Source: Octopus sinensis (lineage: Eukaryota). Taken from it: 64,000 bases of DNA. Shown here piece after piece: positions 54,855 to 64,000 of the stretch. The stretch is from positions 51,584,001 through 51,648,000 of the forward strand of contig NC_043007.1 in NCBI RefSeq assembly GCF_006345805.1, written 5' to 3'. The notes under the pieces were generated by a model. The model was not told where the DNA came from and searched no databases. It saw nothing but the letters and a program-made list of their open reading frames with translations. The position numbers and the translations under genes are program-made. Position 1 is the first letter of the stretch. Each line of letters begins with the position of its first letter.

Positions 54855-54858
<4 letters not shown>
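54466..54858 (+). mobile_element. Element C: pLTR-like HHR element with an inverted 5' copy (~137-bp-arm palindrome)
   Basis: Arms at 54467-54603 and 54672-54808 with a ~68-bp spacer. (TA)n flanks. Confidence 0.8.
54706..54777 (+). ncRNA. Type I hammerhead ribozyme C
   Basis: GGCCGGAUAA CUGAAGA [13-bp stem II with one mismatch] C GAAA CUC-A-GAG UU^UUAUCUUGGCU. One extra C lies before GAAA. The inverted copy (54498-54569, - strand) has GGAA instead of GAAA. Confidence 0.75.
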
Positions 54859-54902
<44 letters not shown>

Positions 54903-54906
<4 letters not shown>

Positions 54907-55200
54907 CGTGATCACCGTGACCGACCAGGCTATCAGATGTTGCTACACATCGCTGGTCACAATGCGCTTCGCATTGTTTTAACCTTCAAATGGCGCCACC
55001 CCGCTGGCTAAGCGAGCAAGCCAACAGAAGAAAGTTGTGGCGAAAGAGTACAGCAGGGATCGCCACCACCCCTTGCCGGAGCCTCGTAGAGCTTTAGGTG
55101 TTTTTCCTCAATAAACACTCACAAGGCCTGATCTGGTAATCGAAACCGCGATCCTACGACTGCGAGTCCGCTGCCCTAACTACTGGGTCATTGCGGCCTC
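54903..55200 (-). mobile_element. SINE family S3
   Basis: Reverse complement of the 44088 family. Confidence 0.9.
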
Positions 55201-55245
55201 CACACACAACACACCACACACACACACACACACACCACACACACA

Positions 55246-55311
<66 letters not shown>

Positions 55312-55314
<3 letters not shown>

Positions 55315-55497
55315 GCCATGATAGATCGTTAGCCACTACACACATTTTTTCTCTCCTTGTTTTTTCTGTGTCCCTTTCTGTAGAAGAGCGTAGGCTCGAA
55401 ACGTAAGAGACTTTTTCTATTCCTGAGCGTTATACTAATACATCTGTTGTTTTGTACACCACCTGTCTTCGTCTTTTTTTTTCGTAAACTTCCCCTA
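55312..55497 (+). mobile_element. Family X tail element with a minimal HHR-like motif
   Basis: CUUU-CUGUAGAA-GAGC(GUAG)GCUC-GAAAC-GUA-AGAG at 55374-55409. Flanked by (TA)n. Confidence 0.65.
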
Positions 55498-55577
55498 TAT
55501 ATATATATATATCTATATATAGGGAGAGTATATATAATATATAATATATATATATATAATATATATATATATATATT

Positions 55578-55644
<67 letters not shown>

Positions 55645-56972
55645 TCGAGAGAGAGAATTTCATTAGAAATATATACTCTCTGACATATGTAATTGAGTGT
55701 TTATATTATCGATGTGTATTGAGATGTGTATTATCTGAGTATATTGTGGTTAAATGCTAACCTGGTCTTGATGATATTTTCCACTGAAGTTGCAGGGAGT
55801 TGTCGAAGGGAGGAACCATTTAAAGAATATCAGATCTTGTATTAGCAGTAGTTTTTTTTTATATTTAATTGACCCAATGTGTGTTTTCTCTGCTGTCAAA
55901 TCCTGACATTTTTCGGCCCCGTTGGCATATGGTCTGTATATTCCGATGGTTTTCTATTTGATACTCTAAATCGAATTAAGCTACTTCAGTTTCCAAATAT
56001 GGTTGGGTCAGCATAGTGTTAGTCTTTTTTCAACCTATTTCTTGAAAACCTTATTTAGTTTGTTTGCCATCTTTTAACTCGGCGGTTCTGTATAAGATAT
56101 GGGGAGAATAAGTGCTAGGCTTAAAATATTAATACGGCGGTCGATTCGTTTGCCTCAAGTTCTTCAAGGTGGTACCCCAGCACAGCCGCAGTTCAATGAC
56201 AGACACAAAAGGTAACAAGAAATAAAGATTGTGCTGGAATGTAGTAGATTGCGATGATGATGATGTAGAGGATGCTTGTAATTGATGTGGTGGTGACGGA
56301 CAGTGGTGTAGTTAGTGGTGGTGATGATGGCGGTGATGATGATACCGTTGGAGTGATGGCAGTGGTTGGGATGGTAATGGTGATGGTGATTGTGACGATC
56401 GTAGTCGTTTTGGCTTCAATTATGATAGTGATGGTTGTTGTGGTGGTAGTTGTGGTGGTTGAGGTTGTATTGGTTGTGAGGATGGTGGGATGTATTTCGG
56501 TAGAGAAAAACGATTTTTTAACGTTTAGTCAACGCTCACAATGTGGACTCTGCCAACCAAAGTGCCAGGAGAGCGGGATAGAGTCTACCACCCATGGAAG
56601 TAATGGTAAGATTTGAACTCACTATACAGGATTTATTATAGCTCCTGTTTCACACCATCACGTGACATATAGCCGGCTCTAGCGACGCCCTCTCTACTGA
56701 AAACGTTTCCACCACTTTAGGAGGATCTGTACAAAAGTGTCAGAGCACAGCCATTCCAACAATAACTAAACTTAAACAAAAACCAGCTGTACCATCATTG
56801 TTTCCTGTTGTTGGGAAAATATTGGTGTTGTAAGGATATAAGACTTTGCCTTACATCATTTTGGGGTCGATAAAATAAGAACCAATTGGACACTAGAGTC
56901 GATGTAATCGACTAGCTCCTTCCACAAAATTCCAGGCCTTGTGCCTATAGTAGAAATGATTATTATCATTGA

Positions 56973-57035
<63 letters not shown>

Positions 57036-57044
57036 CATTATTAC

Positions 57045-57084
<40 letters not shown>

Positions 57085-57087
<3 letters not shown>

Positions 57088-57288
57088 TAATTTTATTTTT
57101 ATAGCGTGCTTTCACTTCACTACCGAGCGCAGCTCTGTGTGCCTTGGGTATGTGCTGTGATTTGTTGTGATGATCTGATGGTTATTGTATGGAAAGTGTT
57201 CTGCGTAGGATGTGTGCAGTGCCTAGTAGTGCAATTTTCTGTATGTTATATGTGTTTGTAAGTCCTGGTGTTTTTGTTATGTATTTTA
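57085..57288 (-). mobile_element. ~200-bp 3' fragment of the same R4/Dong family as 8285-9735, in (TAA)n
   Basis: Nearly identical to 8300-8490 (…KYITKTPGLTNTYNIQKIALLGTAHILRRTLSIQ* + UTR). (ATT)n on both sides. Confidence 0.9.
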
Positions 57289-57303
57289 TTATTATTATTA
57301 TTA

Positions 57304-57347
<44 letters not shown>

Positions 57348-57349
<2 letters not shown>

Positions 57350-57570
57350 GCGTTGGTGAAGGCGGCGTGCAGGCCGAATCGTTAGCACGCCGGGCGAAAT
57401 ACTTAGGGTATTTCGCCTGCCGCTAAGTTCTGGGTTCAAATTCCGCTGAGGTCGACTTTGCCTTTCATCCTTTCGGGGTCTATAAATTAAGTACCAGTGA
57501 AACACTAGGGTCGATATAATCGACTAGTCCCCTTCCCCGAATTTCAGGCTCTGTGCCTATAATAGAAAGG
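57348..57570 (+). mobile_element. SINE family S1
   Basis: ggcggcgtgcaggccgaatcgttagcacgccgggcgaaat...ttccgctgaggtcgactttgcc. Confidence 0.88.
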
Positions 57571-57720
57571 ATTATTATTGCATTGACGACAATAATCCTA
57601 GACGATGGTAACGATAATGGAAGTGATAGATACTTAAACATTTGTATATACGTATACGCATGCATGTATAGACACTTCTACACTTGCGCACACATATTAT
57701 ATATATGTATATATACATAC

Positions 57721-57808
<88 letters not shown>

Positions 57809-57839
57809 CATTATATACATAAATATATATATATATATG

Positions 57840-57910
<71 letters not shown>

Positions 57911-58727
57911 ACATATATACATGCATACATATAAATATGTGTGCGCGTGTGTTATGTTTGTTTCCTTCTAAATATGTTTATTTGTATTTACACATGTATC
58001 TATGCGCATGCGGGCGTGTGCATTTGTCGAGATAATTATTCTTTCTCCTCACGTTCTAATGAGAACGACTGAATGCAGACAGCTAAGCCGCCATGTTCGT
58101 TTTGAAAACATCAGTTTTAACAGTAAGGTAAACAGAACAATGCCCATAGACTAAACAGACGCTCTGTAAGAAAACAACACACGCAGCAATGGCGTCAACA
58201 ATAACAATAAACATCATCAATATCATCATCATTGTTCTCATTGTTGTCTTTGTCGTCGTCACTATCATCGTCCATGCTAATAAGATTGTATTTGCTGCTG
58301 TTCTTTATATTGTTCTGTTTGGTAATGATGATGATGTTGGAGAGGAGGAAGATCATCATGATCATGATAGTGTTTGTGGTGGTGGTGGTAGTTCTGGTGG
58401 TGATGGTGATGGTGCTGGTGGTAATAATGATGATGGGGACGACGAGGGGTGGATATAAAAGAACAGTGGAATACTAAATGACGATGATCCTCATAATAAT
58501 GATGGTAATGGTAATTGTGATAACGAGGAGGAAGGAAGAAGAGGATTTGTTATGATGGTGATGGTGGTGGTGGTGGTGGCTGTTGTGGTGGTTTTGGTGT
58601 GAAGGAATATGTTGATGATAAGTATGATGACGATGATGACAACGACGACGATGATGGTGATGGTGATGATGATGATCATCATCATCATGATTGTGATGAT
58701 CATGATGATGACGATGATGATCATCAT

Positions 58728-58939
58728 GATGATGAGGCAGCGAGACGTTAGAATCGTTAGCACGCTGGGCGAAATGCTTAGCAGTATTTCACTTGTCGCT
58801 ATGTTCTGAGTTCCACTTCCGCCAAGGTCAACTGTGTCTTTCATCCTTTCGGGGTCGATAAATTAAGTACCACTGGTGTCGATGTAATCGACTAGTCCCC
58901 TTCCCCAAATTTCAGGACTTGTGCCTATAGTAGAAATGA

Positions 58940-58940
<1 letters not shown>
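58728..58940 (+). mobile_element. SINE family S1
   Basis: gaggcagcgagacgttagaatcgttagcacgctgggcgaaatgc...cctttcggggtcgataaattaagtacc. Confidence 0.85.
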
Positions 58941-59007
<67 letters not shown>

Positions 59008-59009
<2 letters not shown>

Positions 59010-59565
59010 GTGGAAAAGCGCTGCATGCCATCAAAGTGACACTGGGGTGGTATATACCAAGCCCAGTATACCCATCATGACTACCCGTCTGATAAGGGTA
59101 CACCAGCCACATGCATTACAACCACATGTGCGCGACATAGTGATTTCATATCAAGATAACAGCGCATCACCTTGCAGGTGGGGCCCAGTTAGAAGTCTCT
59201 TCAGGTCGTGTAGCCCGTCCCGCTCAAAAGATCCCTGAATAAAGGTTGTTTAAAGATGTTGAACAAAACACCTATGTTTCCAGAGGTGAAATATCCAAGC
59301 TCCAAAGAATTCCTTTCAACACATGTCTATGATTCTCCCCCACTACTTCTGCTCGGCATCAGAGATATACATATCGTCAGCCATTAAGGGACATGCTCAA
59401 CTGGTTAAGGTCAAGCAACTGACAAGCAATCTGTGGCATTGAGAAGAATATTTGCTGTAGCCCATCTTTTATACCAAGGCAAAACAATGTACATGATAAT
59501 ACTTCCAATCAGTTAAGATGAGAAGTCATGAGAGCCACTGCCTGGTTCTGCATCAGGGCATTTAT
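59008..59565 (+). mobile_element. Dispersed non-coding repeat (probable non-autonomous retroposon) in an (ATT)n site
   Basis: ~560 bp of complex sequence between (ATT)n tracts, with no ORF. It resembles an abundant octopus repeat from memory only. Confidence 0.45.
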
Positions 59566-59823
59566 TATTGTTGTTGTTGTTGTTCACTGCGGAATACATA
59601 AGACATTTCTTCAAACGCTTCAGGTTGGTGCAGCTTAAAACATTTATTTACACCAGTTTGATGCTTATTTGCATCATTTATTTTATTCCAAGCTGTCAAT
59701 AGGAACACCAGGAACCTGTTACTGGTTTTCTACAATTGTTTAGCCCTTCTAGGGGCTATATTCGACCCACCAAATAAGTTCGGTGGGGGTTTAATTTAAT
59801 TTAAACAAATACAACTCAACAAG

Positions 59824-60073
59824 ATGGTGGAGCGCGTCTTGAAAGTGTTGAAAAAAGACAAAACAACCCACCCCCGTGAATCTGGTGATTGCTGAAGATT
59901 TCCCTTCGTTATTGGCAACAATACAGGTGAAGGGGAGGAGAAAACGAAACTGTCACAGTACAAAGTTCACCTCATAGTAACAGCAGCTGTAGCAGTAACA
60001 GCAGCTGTAGCAGTAACAGCAACAGCGGTAGCAGCGACAATAGCGGAAGCAGCAACAGTGACAACAGCCGCAT

Positions 60074-60139
<66 letters not shown>

Positions 60140-63109
60140 CAACAACCACAACGAAAGAGACAGCAATTGCTGCGGCAGTACCGATAGCAACAAAGATAGC
60201 AAAAGTGACAACAGCAGTAACAATAAAAGCCATACCAACAAGAACAACGGCGACAATAACGACGATAACAACAACGGCAGCAGCGGTAACAGCAACAGCA
60301 ACAAGAACAATAACCGGAACATTACCAACAACAAAAAACGTTCACAACAGCAGCGAAAAGAAGCAAATAGAGACGAGATGTTGACCCAGGCTTGGAAACT
60401 GATTAAACAAGAAAAAACTTGGGCCAATCTAACTATTCCATCTAAGGCAATTGAAGCAGTGGAGAAAGAACGATACTTTTCAGATGCTTCTCAACAGAGA
60501 CGAAAAGAGCGACTTTAATAGCCCAAGTAGATATTGAGGCGGCGTTGAGATGCATCAGAGAGGACATCGAGTATATAGCGAGTGGCAAACAATACAGTAC
60601 TATTTCGGTTTCCTCGCAATGACCCCTTGCAAAACCAACAAAATCATTATGTACTCCTCCCACATGGGGGAACGTACAGAACGTGCATTCCTAAGACTTG
60701 ATATTTGGTGGCTTCTGAGATGCTTAATCGTGGAGGGGACGGATACTGTTCCGATAGAGGTGACGGGCTGCCAGGGAGGACTGGTCTGGAGTTGACCTGG
60801 AGATACTTCTCCAGACCAGACCCGAAAACATTAAAAAATCCCGGATCACATCACATCATGACTGAGGGCAGAAGGTTGCATTGTTTCGCGTGTGGAGAAA
60901 CGACTCATTTGCGAGCTCGCAGCCCCCAACTGGTAAAAAGTGCAAGAGGTGAAAGGCCTCCAATGCTGTCTGCGCCTGGACGAGAACCACAAACAACACC
61001 AGCACCGGCAAAGCCACCAGCATTAACAGCAAACTGCCCTAGGGGTGAAACAAGGATAACTCTCCCAACCCTCACACCAAACAAAAACACACACATAAAC
61101 AAGATTAGAAACATATACACAGACACAGACACACTTACAGCGACAGATCCCTCATCTTCAGGTGGTGAAGATAAAGGAAAACCAAAATGTCCAGAAAGAA
61201 ACAAAAAAAGGCCCTCGTAACACAAAATATTGAATTTGAAACAGAGCATTCGTACACAAAAATTCGAGAGAGCTTTCCTGATTACGTAGGAACCCCGAAC
61301 GTGAGACCGACATCGAAGCATTTAAAGGGATTCCCACCACCACCACCACCACAAAAAAAACCCCACTAATTATGAAAGTTGAACTACCGGACCTTCACAA
61401 GACACTGGGAGATAAGTAAACCTTTCTTTGGCTTGCTCAGATTACCATATTAAGAGTAGAATTTTTAAATGTCCGAGGCCTGGAGTCACGCTGGAAGCAA
61501 GATGACTAGAATTGGATATAATTGCTGTCAGTGAGACCAGGATTTCCAATACACGCGCACTGGCCCCAGTGTTCAATTGACTATCAGATCTTTGCATCTG
61601 TTAGTCGGCCGGGAATGGGAGGTGGAGTGGCAGTGCTGTTTAGGAAATAACTAGATCTCGAGGTAAGGACGATCTTCCGGGACCCGGACAAGAAGTTGGT
61701 GGTCCTGGACGTGAACAAAAGAGAAGGTAGTGTCTTTAGATTGGTGGCCGTCTACCGAAGCCAAACGGCCAGATTTCTTTAGGCGTCTGGAAACCTTTCT
61801 AGATACATCTCGCCCTTTACTGCTGGTAGGGGACTAGAACGGAATATTAGACCAACACTGGGATTGTGTGGGAGTAGCTGATAGAAGCGGGGAGTTCAAA
61901 AACCGTTAGCACCTGATCAGCCAATTCCAACTGTCTGACAGGTATCAACGAGATTTCCTTAATGCGCTAGTTTGGGCCTGGACCAACCGCTTAGGGTCAT
62001 CTAGATCGTATGTAGAAAGGATTTTCACTAAGAAAATAGCAATAGTGTAGGATGTCCATTTTTTTTTAACGGTCGCCTATTCAGGCCATAAGTTTGTAAT
62101 CTGTACGGTCGACCCAGATAAGACGCGTAAGTTAGGACCCAGGTACTGGAAGCTGAACATGCCGTTTCCTGCACGTAAGGCTAACGGGGACCGGATCAAC
62201 AATTTAGTTAAGCAGAAGTTGACAAGGGGAGTCGTCAGCAACAGGTGGTGGACGGCTCTCAAAAGAGAGATTAGAGTAATATCGATAGGGTTTAGCAAGA
62301 CGAGGCGATTTGTAGTGACGTTGAAACCGACGTGCTAGCAGCAAGAGTGGCATTAGACCAGTTCTTCAATGCAAAACATGAAGGTTGCATTGTCAGAGCT
62401 AAATCGCATACTCTAAGGAACGAGGGGACTAAATCTGTTCAAAGGACCCGCATGGCGGAGGCGCATCGTGATAAGGAAAACGCAATTCGGTCTTTGCTTG
62501 ACCGAGACGGACACGAGCTGAGCGATTCCAGGCAGATATGCGTGGCTTTTCGCCAGCACTTTGCTCGGTTGTTCGGTGAGAGCGGCGGTGCGGAGATGGT
62601 AGCGGACTTCAGTCTCTACCTCGACGGCTTACTGCGTCTTTCGACGGCCGACGCTGAGCGCTATAAAAAGCAGATAACTTCAGCTGAAATCCAGGATGCC
62701 CTTGTTTGCTACACGAGACGCAAATCACCTGGTTTAGATGGTCTGCCCTATGAGCATTATGTAAATATGCCAGACTTATGCTCCGATCTCCTCGAAGTGC
62801 TCTACTGCAACTGTCAGTAGAACGGGAATATTCCCAGTTCTGTGAGTCGGGGCGTGGTGATGCAAACAAGAGGGACACATTAGATAACTTCAGGCCCATA
62901 ATCTGCTTCACACAGAGTTTAATATTTTGGCCAAGGTATTAGCGAAAAGGTTGGCGCTCGTCGTCGAGGATTTGGTAGGGGAGACGCAAACCTGCGCAAT
63001 CCCGACTAGGTCCATACACGACAACTTCCGCCTCATGTGATTCATCATAGAAAGGGTAGGGTGTAAACGTGGCTTCGGTGGGGCGCTGATCAATTTAGAT
63101 CAAGCATTC
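59824..63109 (+). mobile_element. Degenerate Tx1/L1-type LINE (ORF1 zinc knuckle, AP endonuclease, RT N-terminal half), 3'-truncated
   Basis: CFACGETTHLRAR knuckle; FLNVRGL, AVSETR and GGGVAVLF endonuclease motifs; PRYWKLN; KSPGLDGLPYEHY; NFRPI..ILAKVLAKRL..QTCAIPTRSIHDN..LINLDQAF. The 5' boundary is uncertain. Confidence 0.85.
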
Positions 63110-63790
63110 ATAGGTTCTTAATGACGTCTTTTTATGTCCCATGTGGAAAATTTTAATCGTTTTACCATAATTCTATCAATGGTTCACTGTTATCTTTTCC
63201 TTTCTGACACAGTAGAACGATGGTTAAATCAGCTGTCCTTAATACATCTATAAATTTTTAACCTCTTTCTAATGAAATATTTCCATCTATACTTCGTTTC
63301 AACTCTCCAGTCGTCATCAGGTGTAATACTTCTGGCCGTCAATAGAATACTGGAGTTGATTGATCTAGAAATTTTTCTTCTAAATTAACGTTCTCAACAA
63401 CAATATGAATAGTTCGAATCCAGTCGAGTTGCATACATGTTCAGGAATAAAACACCTTATACAAAAGGAGTACAAACTGATTGAAAGATAATGTAGAATG
63501 TAGATGTAAATATTCAGAGACTGAGATTAATAATCAGAGAAAATGTAATTGTATATTTATGACCGGTTTATCCAAAATACTCATCTGTTTTTAAACACGA
63601 CGGAATAAAATTTGAAGAGGATTTGGCAATTATTTTTAGCAGATCAATAGCTCTAGGTATAGGTTACATCGTTGCCACTATTGTAGCTTCATATCTCACA
63701 AACATTGACTCTTCTCTCCAATGGGACCGATAAATTAGACTTAAGCCACTGTTATGAATTGGATTCATTCTCTAAACTAGCTTAAGGTGA
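63110..63790 (-). mobile_element. Probable Penelope-type 3' tail with an HHR remnant, truncating the Tx1 LINE
   Basis: CUGAUGA-CGACU(GGAG)AGUUG-AAAC.. motif at 63283-63326 on the - strand. No ORF recognised. Confidence 0.4.
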
Positions 63791-64000
63791 CCCGCTCTAC
63801 GCGCGGGTGAGGGTGTGGTTGTTAATTTAGTTGCTCCCTTTCTGTTTCTTATCGCCACATTCTCCCTCTTCGTTTCTCTCTCCTTTCTCTCTCACTTTCC
63901 CACTCTCTTACTCTTCTTTTCTCTCGGACTCTCTCTCGCTTTCTCTTACTCTCTATCTATCTATCTTTCTCCCATTTATTAAAAACAAAAGATCTTGAGT

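Noticed and set aside
59008-59120. Possible HDV-like ribozyme at the 5' end of the dispersed repeat
   Set aside because: Hairpins exist (actggg/cccagt, taccc/gggta), but I could not build the P1/P1.1/P3 nested pseudoknot by eye.

Overview
Eukaryotic, AT-rich, repeat-saturated intergenic or intronic DNA with one 100-N scaffold gap at 42929-43028. The tRNA-derived SINE families and dense (TA)/(CA)/(ATGT)/(AAT) microsatellites look like an Octopus (cephalopod) genome; this is from my recognition of the repeats, not a database search. I could not confidently identify any host protein-coding exon, and most ORFs in the supplied track are microsatellite artefacts. Recognisable content is mostly decayed mobile DNA: RTE, R4/Dong-type and Tx1-type LINEs, three Penelope-like (GIY-YIG) retroelements, mariner/Tc1/Tigger/hAT derivatives, three SINE families and an initiator-tRNA-Met pseudogene. 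The standout is a 3.7-kb cluster (51141-54902) of three unrelated non-coding elements strung together through (TA)n tracts. Each carries type I hammerhead ribozyme (HHR) motifs with a near-palindromic stem III, and each has a 5' inverted segment. Two are tandem arrays of ~482- and ~487-bp monomers, like non-LTR retrozymes. In the 482-bp array the tandem run stops at the predicted self-cleavage site and folds back. Degenerate or variant HHR motifs, including an apparent U3-A8 compensatory family, also mark Penelope-type 3' ends elsewhere in the window. All folding was done by eye and none of the ribozymes has been tested for activity.
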